DNA of 64,000 bases, from positions 69,688,001 to 69,752,000 of the forward strand of contig NC_043007.1 in assembly GCF_006345805.1 (NCBI RefSeq). Reading direction: 5' to 3'. Position numbers and translations under genes: made by a program. Below are positions 1 through 13,695 of the stretch, piece after piece. Within the stretch, counting starts at the first letter, position 1; each line of letters starts with the position of its first letter. This DNA is from Octopus sinensis (lineage: Eukaryota). The notes under the pieces were generated by a model. It searched no databases. It was not told the DNA's origin and worked only from the letters and a program-made list of their open reading frames with translations.

Positions 1-290
1 GATGTTTTACAAAATGCTGGAATTGAGAAAGACACTCGTTGACAGATAGCATATGATGTCAGCTCAAAAAGACATGTTCCTACCTATACTTCCATTCACA
101 AGGCTTTTGGTTGTGAAGGGGTTACAGAAAAAAAACATCCAAGAGACTGTACAACACACAAATTGTATAGGTATGAGTCCATGGGTAAATTTAGTTGACT
201 ATGTTGGATATGTGAGACTGTATAACTATGAAGAACAGACATTACATGAGAAGCTTTGTATGTGGTATAAAACAAAGGACAACAAACAAC

Positions 291-1984
291 CTATTATTGG
301 TCCGAGTCAATTGACTAAGGCTATGTAATATGTAAAGTATAAGATCATAAATACAATACAATTCTAGTACAGAAGAACAATTAGTTCCACATTCAGATAG
401 AGATCATCACTTTATGTCATGTGGTCTGTACAAGATAAATACATTCAAACATCATTGTTGATTGAATTTAAAACTTTGCACAAAACATTTTCTTCTCACT
501 CTATACCACATCACTCATAGAAAAAACAACTCTAACTTGAGAGCACAGTATGTTTTCCACTTGAGTTTTCATGACTATGGTCTTGGGTCAGCTACACGAT
601 TTGTTGGCCCACAAGCAAAATGTTTACATGAGACAATGCTCATGTGAATGGCCATTGGCTCACAATGAGCTCATCCCATTTTTGATGGGTTTTGTTTACA
701 GTGATGTGAAGTGTCTAATAAATACCCTCCTTATCTGGCAGGCCTGGATGCTGGAGGTGGTGGGGGTCAACAGTTTACTCACCAACCATCCAATCATGAA
801 ACGTTATACTGAGTTACAGTAGCAGGACTTTCCTGTCCTGACCTGACCTCAACTAAGTTTATAATTTTCAAACAGAAATTTAATAACACCCACACCAATT
901 CAACATCTGAACTAGGCTGTGTAACTGATTTCTCTTCAAATATCTTGCGAGTCTTAAAACACAACTGAAACCAGTTTTCTTCACAATGAATGTCATGCCC
1001 TACATTTGTCACATCTACTTTACACAATAACTTACATGGCTGACTGATTCCTGAGAAAATAAATTCTCACATTAAAAATATCTCCTCACTATAACTTTTG
1101 ATAAATCCACACCCAACAAGCTCATCCTTCGCTATTATTGGTTTCAGTCACTTGACTAAGGCTATGTAATATGTAAAGTACAAGATCATAAATACATAAG
1201 AACTAATTGTTTTTCTGGACTACAATTGTAGTACAGGAGAATTCTAGTACAGAAGAACAAGTAGTTCCACATTCAGATAGAGGTCATCACTTACTATGTA
1301 ATGTGGTTTGTACAAGATAAATACATTCAATCATCATTGTTGATTGAATTTAAAACTTTGCACTAAACAACATTTTCTTCTCACTCTATACCACATCACT
1401 CATAAAAAAAAACAACTCTAACTTGAGATCACAGTTTGTTTTCCACTGGAGTTTTCATGATTATGGTCTTGGATCAGCTGCACAATTTGTTGGCCCACAA
1501 GCGAGATGTTTACATGAGACAATACTCATGTGAATGGCCATTGGCTCACAATGAGCTCATCCCATTTTTGATGGGTTTTGTTTTCAGTGATGTGAAGTGT
1601 TCAATTAATGCTCTCCTCATCTGGCAGGCCAGGATGGTGCAGGTGATGGGGGCAACAGTTTACTCACCAACCACCCCATTATGATAGGTTATACTGAGTT
1701 ACATAGCAGAACTTTTCTGACCTGACCTGACCTCAACCTCCCCAAGACACTAAGTTTATAATTTGCTAATAGAAATTTAATACCACCCACACCAATTCAA
1801 CCTCTGAACTAGGCTGTGTAACTGATTTCTCTTCAGATATCTTGTTAATCTTACAACTAAAATCAGTTTATTCACAAAGAATGTCATGCCCTACATTTGT
1901 CACATCTGCTTTACACAATAACTTACATGGCTGACTGATTCCTGAGAAAATAAATTCTCATATTAAAAACAAAATATCTCCTCC
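291..1984. repeat. Tandem duplication, two diverged ~800-850 bp copies (291-1087 and 1132-1984)
   Basis: Both copies start ctattattggt..gtca.ttgactaaggctatgtaatatgtaaagta and run colinearly to aaaatatctcctc, roughly 90% identical by eye with small indels. A short third fragment follows at ~1985-2032. Confidence 0.95.
1490..1720 (-). mobile_element. Possible decayed LTR-retrotransposon (Gypsy-like) integrase remnant; paralogous copy at ~600-830
   Basis: Minus frame reads *WGGW*VNCCPHHLHHPGLPDEESIN*TLHITENKTHQKWDEL, which resembles the integrase segment WG...YHP..G..E..NRTL....WDE. It has several stops and was judged by eye only. Confidence 0.35.
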
Positions 1985-2029
1985 TTGAGAGTACAGTATG
2001 GTATGGTCTTGGGTCAGCTGCACAATATG

Positions 2030-2340
2030 TTGTAAGAAGTATGTTTCTCAACTACATGTTTCTGTGCTTGGTTCCACTGTGTGATACTTTGGATAAATGT
2101 CTTTTACTATAGGCTCAGGCCAACCAAAGCTTTGTGGGTGGATATGGTAGATAGAAACTGAAAGGAGACTATTTTGTGTGTGTGTGTGTGTGTGTGTCCC
2201 ACTACTGTTTGACAATCAATGTTGATGTGTCTAATGTCCCCATAACTTAGCATTTCAGCAAGAAACCAATAGAATATGTACCAGTGTTAAAATAAAAAAT
2301 GTATTGGGGATGTTGATCTGTTCAACTAATATTCTTCAAG
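2030..2340 (+). mobile_element. tRNA-derived SINE (family A, decayed, internal (TG)n)
   Basis: Carries the core ccaaagc.ttgtg.gtggat.tggtaga..gaaactgaaag, which recurs at ~6150, ~11300 (minus), ~28370 and ~61810 (minus). Confidence 0.75.
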
Positions 2341-2472
2341 GCCAATCTCACTAACTAGGCTGATGATACAAAAATATCATAGGTAACTAAGGACCCTGAT
2401 GACATCCTGAAATGCTGAAATACTTGAATGCAATATACAAGTGGGCTAATAATATACATATATACAATATTC

Positions 2473-2504
<32 letters not shown>

Positions 2505-2820
2505 CTTGGATGCCCTTCCCAACAAAGAGTGGCCAGCAAGAAGTATATAAACAGCATTAAAAAAAATGCAGGTATTTCAAATACCATACAACACAAATTC
2601 TTAATTTATTGAAATTAGCTCCACCTCTAGAGGATGAATCACAATTACTAAATAGCAATACAGAATGGATTTATGATTTATGCAATTTATTTATGCAAAT
2701 TAAAGAAAAATGAGCTCAGAGAACTAACAAGGCCATAAATGTGTTCCATTCTTTTAATATATGTCATTGTCACTTGGTTACTGGAGATAGGATAGGATGT
2801 CATTCTGATGATGACCACTG

Positions 2821-3316
2821 AGGCAACTGTCCTGCCATATTCTGAACGCCTTACTTTCCTGGGCATGGGCACATTGAAACTCTGACGTCTGGCAACTGAC
2901 TTGGCAGACACCCATAAAATTATTAACTATCTTACAAACAATAACTCTGAGCACCTTTTCAAACTCCACCTGTCTAACACCCATGGACATATTTACAAAG
3001 TCAGAAAACAGCACAGCTCCCATGACTTTAGGAAACATTTTTTCATGCTGAGAGTTGCTGAAGCATGGAACAAACTGTCGGCATCAGTTGTTAGTTGTCG
3101 GAGCACTGCATCCTTCAAAACTTCCATGCTTTCTGAGATTCGCTAACACTACCCCTGATTTTCTCCCCTCCATACACACACAAGCATGTATCTGACTCAT
3201 ACATTGTTTGCTTTCCAGACATTTGTACATTACTGCATATACTCTATACGCACTTTCTGACAAGTTGTGGTGCACCTGAGCACTGTATACAATAATTTCA
3301 TTATTATTATTATTAT
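2821..3316 (+). mobile_element. CR1-clade LINE 3' fragment (C-terminus of ORF2, 3' UTR, (ATT)n tail)
   Basis: Reads LPYSERLTFLG..L.L*RLATDLADTHKII...HGHIYKVRKQHSSHDFRKHFFMLRVAEAWNKLSASVVSCRSTASFKTSM, the typical CR1 C-terminal motif, and ends in (att)n at ~3300-3316. Confidence 0.9.
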
Positions 3317-4289
3317 TTTATAAAAATATGTGCCTTTCTTTATTGGTATGTCAGCTTTGTGAGAATTCTTGAGTCCTGTGATTATCTCCCCTTCTCATAT
3401 GAAGATGGTCTTAATTGCCAAATGGCAATTATCATACTTCCTCTTGAGGCAGAGATAAGTTTAATAACTCCAGAATTTATGCTGCATCGTATTTGGTATA
3501 CCTGTATTTGTCTATGTTTACATGCATGTATACACACATATAAAATGAGTTTCCTTATTGTTTTCACCTGACGTATATCCCACCTAAGTATGCACCGATC
3601 AGCTGAATTTACTACAGCAGAGTAGGACTGCCTGTAGAAGATTGCATTTTGAAGCTATCTTTTTGACCAAGCAGCTGTGTCAGCTATTATCATCACATAT
3701 GTACAATGATGATATGGAGGGATGAGCCAAGGAATCTGAAAATGCTAAGTGAAGCTAAATACATTGAGCATAGAGATGAAAGATTTAGATTAGAGATATG
3801 TACTGAGATGAATTGCAGGAAATAGGGTAATGTCTGTCGTTACAGACTTATACAGGAAATGAAGGATAAAATACAAATTTTAAAAAAACAGAATGTATAA
3901 GTAAGATAAGGTAAAAATATGTTTCTGCATTTACATTACTCATTAAAATGATGACAACTCATTTCATATAAGACACTCAGTTATATTGCAAGAAAAAAAA
4001 CATAATGAAAACAGTTTTGTTTTTCTTTACTAATTGGGGATGCTGTTTTATGATGCCTGAGATTATTAGATAACTTGGTGAAAAGCATTTCTCTAAAAAC
4101 AAAACAACAAAAAATCTAAAAAAAAACTTTTCTGATTTACAATAGCAAATGTTTAGCATAATATTAAGAAATATTTCAAATAAGCAAGATGAATTTGGAA
4201 ACAATTTTGTCTAACTCTATTTTGAGAGGCTGGAACCAAAGATTTTCAGCATTTTATTAATGTTCATGCGTTAAGGGGATTAAAAATTA

Positions 4290-4470
4290 ATCATCGTTAT
4301 CATTTAACATCCATCTTCCTTGGATGGTTTAATAGGAACCACTATGTACAAGGACTGTTTTGAGCTCCAATATCTGCTTTAGCAAGGTTTTTACAGCTGG
4401 ATGCCCTTTTTAATGGAGGGACCAAGTGCTTTACAGGGGGTACAAGTGCTTTTTTCAAGCCACCTGCACA
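4290..4470 (-). mobile_element. RTE-tail SINE fragment
   Basis: Contains atcatcgttatcatttaacatcc...cagctggatgccc, the reverse complement of the 3' end of the family at 17690-18125. Confidence 0.6.
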
Positions 4471-6019
4471 ATTGAACTTGCCATGAAGTTCACAGAACAA
4501 GCCCTGAGATAGGTGGAGCTAAGCTTCATGCCAGGGACTACTTTGAGGGAAGGGTCAGAACATGTTCCTGGAGAGGCATGGCTACTCACATCTGTTACAA
4601 GAAAAGGGATGGGGGAAGAAGAGAAAATTATCAGGAGCTGCAAGCCATAGATAATAGTAATAAGGTGCCCAGGTATCCTACCCACAAGGCACAAGCCAAG
4701 CAGAAGTAGGTGAGTGGTTTGTAAGATATGAGAATGGTGAATGAGTGATGGGGGAAGTCTACCATAATGGATAAGGATGAAAGGAGGATGAAAGTTATGA
4801 GTTGAGGATGATGCAGGGATGGAGCAGGGAGGGGCAGTAGCAGAAGTAGTGAAGATGATACAGTTGCTGGTGGTAGGGGAGGTAGAATTAGTGCATAGAG
4901 GAAGGAAATTGCTGTAACAGGTGGAGAAGCCAAAATATAGCACTTCCAGAACTCAGTTTTGCTGAGGAAGACTAAAAACTAATGGGTTTTTATTGACATA
5001 AAATTATGCATCAATTTTGGCTTCTGTTATCTCAATGAATCCTGATGCCTCTCCATTAACCTTTTAATTAAAAGTGGCCTTAATTAGTCAACTCACTTCT
5101 ATAGCAATGATTGACACAACAGATAAATTATGCAACAGTATTTGCTAGCATATAACATACATTTGCATTTAACAGGCGCTATACTTTTGAGAGGGAAATT
5201 TCAGAAAATTTTTATAAATGTAAGAAAAAAGAAAATAAAATTTGAATACTCTAGCAAAGTGATATATTTAAAATTATGAATCAGTACAAAGAGCTGTAGT
5301 TAAACTTTTATGCCTTATCACTGTCTTTTTCAAAGCTATGAATTTCATCTTTGCTGCTATCTTAGGAACCAAATTATTCTTCACTGCCAGTATCTTTGGA
5401 ACTTTACAAATACTTTTTTGCAGCTGTTCTCACCATCATAAATTATTTACTCTTCCACACCATGCAAAGCATTAATAATAGTTCTTTCACAGCATCCCAC
5501 AATATCTTAAGCCACAGACACATTTTTATAACACTGTCTCTTCATGCATCTAGTAGAAAAAGAAGAAAAAGAAGAATATTCATGCTAAACTAAATCATTC
5601 ATGCATGTATGCCATTTTTTATGTATAAAGGGTTTGTTTACAGAAACATTTACAATTGTAATTATAAGTTAAGGCCTCCAGTCTAACTACCAAACTAGAT
5701 CAGATTTAAATACAAGTAAAAGTAGGGCACATTTTTTCAACACCTCCCTGATTGTTTCCTATACCTTTTTAATGCATATTTGATTCAATATTGAGTTAGC
5801 TATATTTTAGAACAGACATGCACATGTATGCCCCTTAAATATTTTCTCTTTTGAAAGTTTTGCATTCAAGAATTACAAATGGTATTACTACTATTGGTCA
5901 TTCTTGAATGCAAAACTTTTTACAATCTCCAGTGATTGTAAAAACAACAGTACAGGGAGTTTTTTTATACTTTGAATTTTTCATGATCCTAGTAATAGAT
6001 TCTTTAGCATATATAGGTA

Positions 6020-6195
6020 CAAGTATGGTTGTGTGGTAAGGCACGTGCATATGTGTAGTAAAAAGCTTGCTTCCCAACAATGGGATGAGTCTTATTGCAT
6101 GACACCTTGGGCATGTGTCTTCTACTATAGCCCTGGGCCAACCAAACCCTTGTGAATGGATTTGGCAAATGGAAACTGAAAGAAGCCTAATGTGT
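6020..6195 (+). mobile_element. tRNA-derived SINE (family A)
   Basis: Head tggttgtgtggtaag..aagcttgcttccc and core caccttgggca.gtgtcttctactatagcc...gaaactgaaagaagcc. Confidence 0.75.
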
Positions 6196-9100
6196 ACTGA
6201 AATTGCATGTTATATGCCAACAAATATGGTAATTTTATTTCTTAAACTTTACTCATCGCATTTATTTTATAATACTGCACAGTAGCTTTTACAGAATTTT
6301 TTATCTTTGAAGTTAGTTGTTTGCTATAAGAATGTAAGCTGTTAAAATTTCATGTTATTTAAATTAAAAAAGAACTTTGAACATGTTATTTCCTTATGTC
6401 TCTGGAACATTGATTTCTTAAGCACAAGGCATCACCTAACAACCTTGCCCTTCTAATAGGGGCTACTAATCATAATAATGCATGTGTACACTTGATTTTC
6501 ACTGTAGTAAGGCATTTTCAGTATGGGGGAGATATTAGCAGAGGTTGAGATAAAAATGACATTGTTTATGACATTATAAAGAGAACATATTCTTTGTCAT
6601 TTTAAATTACAGTACTGAATATTTAAACTGAAATTACAGCCTAACTTTAGACACACTACTATCAGTGAGCCTTAAAGTCTTAAAAATTTGAACTCATTAC
6701 TACTTGGTTCTTTTAAAAAGTACTGTGTCCTTTCAAAAGTAAAAATATTACAGAAAATGCATTTCTGTATAGAAACCAGAAAGACACCTTGCAAAAATGA
6801 TTTATTTTTTCTTGCTTCATTAATCAAAATATGAATGTACAAAGGCTGTTTAAAATTTATATTTCTATTTACAGCAGTTTGGACAAGATTAACTTTGGAA
6901 AACTTGTATGACAAGATTGTTGCTTATTAACAAATATAATAATCAATATAGATTAGCATCAAAAGGGTGAATATCAGAGGCTTAGTATCTTCTTGAGTTG
7001 AAGTTTAGTGTTTGACAGAATATGAGAAATATTTGAAGTTTTACTGTTACAATATTAATATAGTTTCATTAATTTCATTTTCCTTCCCATCATCGATACT
7101 TAAGCCAATGTCTTTTCTAAGGCTTCTATTTATAAAAGTAGCCTTATTTTTTATGACAAGATTGACCAAGATTTGCAGCAAATATTATTGATAATAAAAA
7201 AAAAAAAAATCAGTTCTTTTGATCCTTTCAACACTTAAAATTACAGATAAAATCGAACTAGATTGATTTCAGAATTACCATAGCCAATTTGTAATTCAAT
7301 TTCTTTTTTGTATTAAAAAAAAAAAATAATGACTAGCAATAAATATCATCCAACATTACATGCAATTTAAATATAAAAAGGTACCCTACCTAGGTTCCAA
7401 AATGGTTCTTTTGAACTGGAGAAAAGAACAAAAGTAATAATTAACTCACAGAGGAATAAAAACAAACAAAAAAATTTATCAATAATGCAGACTGTCATGA
7501 AAAAAACCTGATATTTAAGCATTTTATAAATGCATAGAATTAAATTTAGTTACTAATGATAGTATATTCATAAAAAGTATCAGATTTCTAAACTGATATG
7601 AAACCAATGAATTTTAAAAATTAGTTAAGTTACAAACTATTAATTTAATAATGAATAATTGCAAAACATAACAGCATGGTTAGATAATGAGTGATTAATC
7701 AAGGATTAGTAAATTTAGAAAAATGTGTTATTTTGCTGAAATACATAAAATCTCTTTAGATAAATTGTCATCAAAGACTCAAAGGAATGATAAACTTAAA
7801 ATTTTAAAACCTGTAAGAAAAAGAGCTTTAGTGGCTTAACTAAATAAAACAGTATACAAAGAAACAGCTAGAGGAAAGAATTTCACCAAAAAGTAATAAA
7901 AGGTATTAAATAATGTGAGAAACTGGAATTAGATGAACTTAACAATAATGAACACTTCATTTACTAGATTACAAAGTAAATGAATCAATGTGTAACAAAC
8001 TTTAAAATTTGTCTTTGCTCAATAAGTTATTTCCTATTTGTCTATCTAGAAATCAAAGGAAATGGCTATTATTTACTTCAAACTTTGCTTTTGTGACCTG
8101 GGCATCAATGTTTTCAAACTGACATATTTTCCATTACATTTCAGACAGATTCAGTGCTGAGTTGCTGAAGCAGAAATATTGTTATAACAAATAAGCTGCT
8201 CAATACCATAGACTTGCTTGTTTGTTGCTTAACCTCAACCACTTGAGCATGTTTCTTAGTGGTTGACAATATGTCCATCTCTGATTATGAGCAGGAGTAG
8301 TGGGGGAGCATCATAGCCATGAGTTAAGAAGGATTCTTTGGGGTTTGAATACATGTAAGAAAAGCAAAGTTTGAAGGAAATATTAGCCATTTTTCATACT
8401 TTCTAGGGGTAAGCTACCCAAGGACATAAATCATGTTACAGTGTTATTAATGGCTTCTAGCTATTTATCCATGGGTTACATTGATTATGATTCTTAATTA
8501 AAGACATTAAGGATGAATGATAATTCATCACACAAGATTTCAAAACAAATTTTGGAGTTATCTGGATCAATGCCATTTGGATTTAAAATACATGGTATGA
8601 TTGAAATATATTCTAGAATATGTATTATTCACTTCATGAGAAAGTGATTTATTTTATTTAGAGCATTTATTCATTAAAAATTTGAGTAGGGATTCATTAA
8701 ATAATTAAGTTAACAATTGGCTAATAAGGAAAATATCTCCAGAAGAAATTAGATTTTTTGATAAAAAAATTATAAACAGTCTATTAAAGCTGATAATTAG
8801 AATGAGAAAAACAAATTTGAAACAATTTGCAACATAATCTTCCCATCAGTTAATTGTTCATTAATTTGTTTTAACTTCTCAATCATTAAATATGAAGTCA
8901 AAATTCCAATAACAATGGTAAATACACAAATTTGTAATGAATTTACATTTGAACAGCTATGCTAAATACTCAGTAATATATAACAATAAAATGTCTGGTA
9001 AATTTATTTGTTGATGTAGCATTTAGAAATGACAACAATGAAAAAACAACATTAAATGGAAACATCTTTGAATATTTATCTGAGGGTTTTATTTGGGAAG

Positions 9101-10324
9101 GAGGGCAGTTTGAGTATCTGAGGGAAATTGTCTTTATATTTGAGCCCACAAAAACATATCTCTGAAATATTTCTGAATATAATCTTGTGGAATTTTGTTC
9201 TTTTGACATGAAAGAAACTGATTTGTTCCAACTGTTCAGGTCATCAAATCTTTAAGTGATGTAAAAGTACTTGAAACAATACAATATTTTGACATTTCAT
9301 TAAAATACTCTAGTAATTTTTTGCCCAAATAAATTCTTTTGATCTTCAATTTTGCTTTAAATAACTTTCATATAATTTATTATTCAATATGTATGAAATT
9401 CATTATCTTCTTCAACCCCTTATCAAATGTCATTTTATAGAGATAGAAAATCAGTTAAAATAACAATCTGTTTTAAACTTTAGGTATCAATATTTATCTT
9501 CTTGTCAAGTACAGATATTTTCTTAACAATTCAGGGAGATCCTTTAATTAGCTAGCTAGCTTTGAAGGGATTTTCCCAAAGATTAAGTTAATTAGAAATA
9601 TGTTATAACCCAACTGCATTCACAATTGAATATATCTAAAGGAATAAAGATTCAAGATGGAGAATTTAACCCCATCACCCAGTTTGATATTTTTCTTGTC
9701 AATCACAAACCACGTAAAAAAATTGAAAAACTCTTTCAATTTCTTTATCATCATCATCATTATTACCTTAATGAATCAGAAACAACTGATTATTGTACAC
9801 CAATAATTTGTCTCGTGAGACAAATAGTTCTGAAAACCAAGAATACCCACAAAAGGAAAGTGACCACCACCAAAGATTGTTAAATTATTCACACAACAAT
9901 AAACAATAGAATAAATTTAATCTATGTTTTACATAAATGATATTTTTGTCATAATTAGTGAAACTTAATTCTTCTGATGGCTATAAAAAAATGAGAATTT
10001 AAAATTATCAGATGTAATTGTTTTTTTTGTTTTGTTTTTTTTTTGTTTGTTTTGTGTACTATGTAAGTATGATACTTCTAGTTGAATATGAAAAATCTCT
10101 ATAATTGTCTAAAAAAATCTACACTGAAGTTTTTTTTTTCTTTCTGATAGGCATGAAGCAAAGGAATATTCCCAGATCTTGTATTAATTTCAGGTAAATA
10201 AACTTATGTCTCTAAAATGAAGAAACACTAGCAGCAGATTTGAAATCACAATACATGGTGGTAGTTCAATGCATAATTAACTTAGCAGTTTTAACAGTTT
10301 CAGAGAAATAAATTTAGTGTCTGT

Positions 10325-10530
10325 CAGTCGAAGAAGATCTGCAGAGCTCAAAGTGGAACTAGCAGAGAAGCTTGGATTTGGTCATTCAAGCATTCATTGA
10401 CACCTGCGTGCCATCAGAAAAGTCAGCAAATTGGGTCAATGGGTTCCTCAGAAACTTTGAGTCTAACTGTGCACAGAGAATGAATGTGTGCTCTTCTTTG
10501 CTGTCACATTTCACGAATGAACCTTTCACA
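10325..10530 (+). mobile_element. Mariner transposase internal fragment
   Basis: Closely similar to 12100-12290 of the larger mariner copy (ELAEKLGFGHS..H*HL.AIRK..KLGQWVPQKL). Confidence 0.9.
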
Positions 10531-11164
10531 AAATATTTCATAAATTCTTAATGAAATGAAAATTATATTCTGAAACATATCCTCTAGTTAAATGCAATTC
10601 TATTGTTACAACTATACATTTATACATACAAACATACATACATTAGCAAGTAGACAAATGAAAGAAAGTGGCACTCAACACATTTGGAAAAAGTTGCATA
10701 TATCATTCATTTAACAACAGTTTTTTTAAATGCTATGTTTGTTCAATGAGCCCACAAAACAAAGCTGCATAGAACCAAATCAAACTGTTATTAAATAATA
10801 AAAAAAATGTGAATGTGTGTGTGTCATTTTTTAACATCTGTTTTCCATGTTGGCATGAGCTGGACTTCAACAGGAACTGATGTGCCATACACACACACCC
10901 ACATATATATATATATATATATATATATGCATATATTATATACACATCCATCAATACATACATATAGTGGCTGACTACTCACGACTGAGGAAGACCATCA
11001 CAGACCATTAAGAACATTGTGCACTCAGACCAATTTATACTTTACACTTTTGGCTCTGCTGAGTCCAGCCCTTGATAAGCAGACCAAGCATTCCTCATCC
11101 ATTACACTGGGGCACTGCCTTGCAGGATTTAGTTGAACAAATCCACTTCAAAACTTTTTTTTAA

Positions 11165-11445
11165 ATCAGTACTTATTCTGACAATACTTTTTGCTGAACC
11201 ACTAAGTTCCTGGGATGTAAACAAACCAACACTGGCTGTCAAGCAGTGGTGGGAGACAAATACAACACACACATATGGGCTTCTTTCAGTTTCCATCTAC
11301 CAAATTTACTAACAAGGATTTGTTGGTGTGGGTCTATAGAAGATACTTGCCCAAGGTGCCATGCAATGGGACTGAACATGTTATTGGGAAGCAAATTTCC
11401 TACCACACAACCACACCTACACACACACTCATCCATCTCTGCTCA
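11165..11445 (-). mobile_element. tRNA-derived SINE (family A)
   Basis: Reverse complement of the family A core (ggcttctttcagtttccatctacc...cttgcccaaggtgcc...cctaccacacaacca). Confidence 0.8.
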
Positions 11446-11640
11446 CAATTCCTGGGAGGGGTGTGGGGTTCTTAGGTACCTCCTCTGGTCCTATCAGAAG
11501 CAATTACTAGACTTTTCAGCCAGATTCCCAAGTGTGACTAACTGACACTAGAGATACTATCTTGGTCATGAAAGTTGGGAAATGACTAAAAGAGTATACA
11601 CATGCACACATACACACACATTTATATATATATATATATA

Positions 11641-11721
11641 TATAATACATGCAATTCCCATGATAGAAAATCATTTTTCAGACGCCAATGATTTTCAATC
11701 TTGGGAATTGCATGCATTATA
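11641..11721. repeat. 81-nt near-perfect hairpin (35-bp arms, 11-nt loop)
   Basis: Left arm tataatacatgcaattcccatgatagaaaatcatt matches the reverse complement of 11687-11721 at 32/35 positions. Confidence 0.9.
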
Positions 11722-12910
11722 TTAGGTCATCCGATAAATAATGCAGTTTTTTTCAATTGCTTGAACTAAAAGTCAGAGGGGGATGGGATAAACTAGCTGC
11801 ATCAACTTGCTATACAAGCAGGTAGTAATTTTAGCTTGTACTTATCCATAGTGCAAGTTTTGAAGAATGCAGTTCCATTTTAACATTTTTTCAAAACTAT
11901 AATGGAAGTGACAAAGGAACATATTTGGCATATTTTGCTTTATGAGTTCAGTAAAAGAAACAATGCAATGGAAAGTGAAAGGAATATTAATGCTACAGTA
12001 TATGGGGATCGAACAATAAGCCTAAGCCAGTGTCAATGGTGGTTCCAGAAATTCCAAGCCGGAAACTAGAGCCTAGAAGACAAGACTCGTCCTGGAAGAT
12101 CTGCAGAGTTCAATGAGGAACTAGCAGAGAAGCTTGGATTTGGTCATTCAACTATTCATTGACACCTGCATGCCATCAGAAAAGTCAGGAAATTGGGTCA
12201 ATGGGTTCCTCAAAAACTTTGAGTCTAATTGTGCACAGAGAGTGAATGTGTGCTCTTCTTTGCAGTCACATCTCACGAATGAACCTTTTTTTTTTTTGGA
12301 GTGAATAGTGATTGGTGACGAGAAATAGATTCTCTATAAAAATGTCAAGCACTGAAGACAGTGGGTAAGGAATTGAGAAACACCAGCACCCTAGGCTAAA
12401 GAAGGTCTTCATCCATGTCAGGTGTTATCTGCTTGGTGGGATATGAAAGGTTTAGTCCACTTTGAACTTTAAAACCCAAACCAAATGATAACAAAGGAGA
12501 TCTACTGCAAGCAGCTTGAATGGCTTAAATCAGTGCTAGAAGAAAAATGATAATGCTCAGCAACATACAGTGAGGATGACATTCCAAAGGCTGGAGCAGT
12601 TTGAATGGGAAACGATGCCCCATCCACCATATTCACCGGACATTGCCCCATCTGATTATCATTTATTCCAGTCTTCAAAATCATTTGGATGGAAAAAATA
12701 TGAATTCTGTAGATGAGGTCAGAACAGGACTGGAGGAGTATTTTTCATCACAGACAAGTGAATTTTGGAAGAGGTGCTTTGCAAGTCTACCAGATAGATG
12801 GAAGTGCATTGAAGAAAACGAAAGAGAGTATATTTTTGATTAAAAAAGTTTATCTTAATTTTGAAAAATAGAAGTATAAAAAAAACTGCATTATTTATGG
12901 GATGACCCAG
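11722..12910 (+). mobile_element. Near full-length mariner element with dead transposase
   Basis: TIRs ttaggtcatccgataaataatgcagttttt / aaaaactgcattatttatgggatgacccag, TA on both flanks. Transposase motifs MEVTKEHIWHILLYEF, WVPQKL, GDEK, HPPYSPDIAPSDYHLF, SLPDRWKC, with stops and frameshifts. Confidence 0.97.
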
Positions 12911-13424
12911 TATATATAAATATCTGTGTCTGTGTATTTATGTATGTATATACACTCATCTATATACATATGTATAATATATGTATATACACACACATAC
13001 ACATGAGAACGTGTGTGTGCACGCGTGCACAAAATCGTTAAGTAGTTTACTTATTGATCCCAAGGTTCATCTTTTAGCATAGTCTTGGGTCAATGGTATA
13101 GAAACTGTAGAACATACATACTATGTTATGGTGATTTTGTATCATGCAAATTATCTTACATGTGTCTGTGGTATATTCAACCACTTATATGCTAGTTCAG
13201 TGAGCAGGCAGCTCAGTAGCTCACACAACTGAGACCCAATTATTGAACTGATAGAGATCCATTTGGTTTTTATATCATTTTAATTATGAAACAAAAAACA
13301 ATTCTCTCAAATGTTTCAATTAATTTCAGTTTTGACAAAATGCAAACATCTGATTCTTTATGGAAGTAGATGAAACAGTTTAAATATTTAGTTATAAGAT
13401 GTGGCTACTCGCTCTACAGTTTAA

Positions 13425-13643
13425 CCCTTTTGATACCAACCTGGCTCAAACTGGCTCTGGCTTTGAGTACAAATTTCTTGTTTTCATAAGTTTTGAATTA
13501 AAATCTTCCACAAAACCTTAGTCAACAATTTATGTTCCTAACTCTAGCTTCTTGATAACTAAGTTATTTTATTAAATTCTTTGTTATATTTAAAGTAATT
13601 GAAAGAAACAGAGCATCTCAAAATAAATACAGTAACGAAAGGG
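13425..13643. mobile_element. piggyBac-type MITE
   Basis: TTAA at 13421-24 and 13644-47. Termini cccttttgatac / gtaacgaaaggg. A second colinear copy lies at 60921-61141. Confidence 0.92.
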
Positions 13644-13695
13644 TTAAATATTTCTATTTGCAAAATAATGCATTATATCATAGTGATACTTTAGG

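Noticed and set aside
1-290. Possible decayed XPG/H3TH-like transposon protein (IHKAFGCEGV, VRLYNYEEQTLHEK)
   Set aside because: Resemblance is loose, spread over frames with stops and truncated by the window edge, so it cannot be supported without a profile search.
2390-2435. CTGATGA...GAAA hammerhead-like string
   Set aside because: No convincing stem I or palindromic stem III, and stem II is not adjacent to GAAA.
4455-4943. 162-aa minus-strand ORF
   Set aside because: It is the pyrimidine-rich strand of a purine-rich decayed repeat. S/P/L/H-biased, with no domain or splice support.
10151-10193. Plus-strand 43-nt exon-like segment (tttctgatAG...CAG|GTAAAT, MKQRNIPRSCINF)
   Set aside because: Good splice signals but no convincing partner exons or homology, and such matches are expected by chance.
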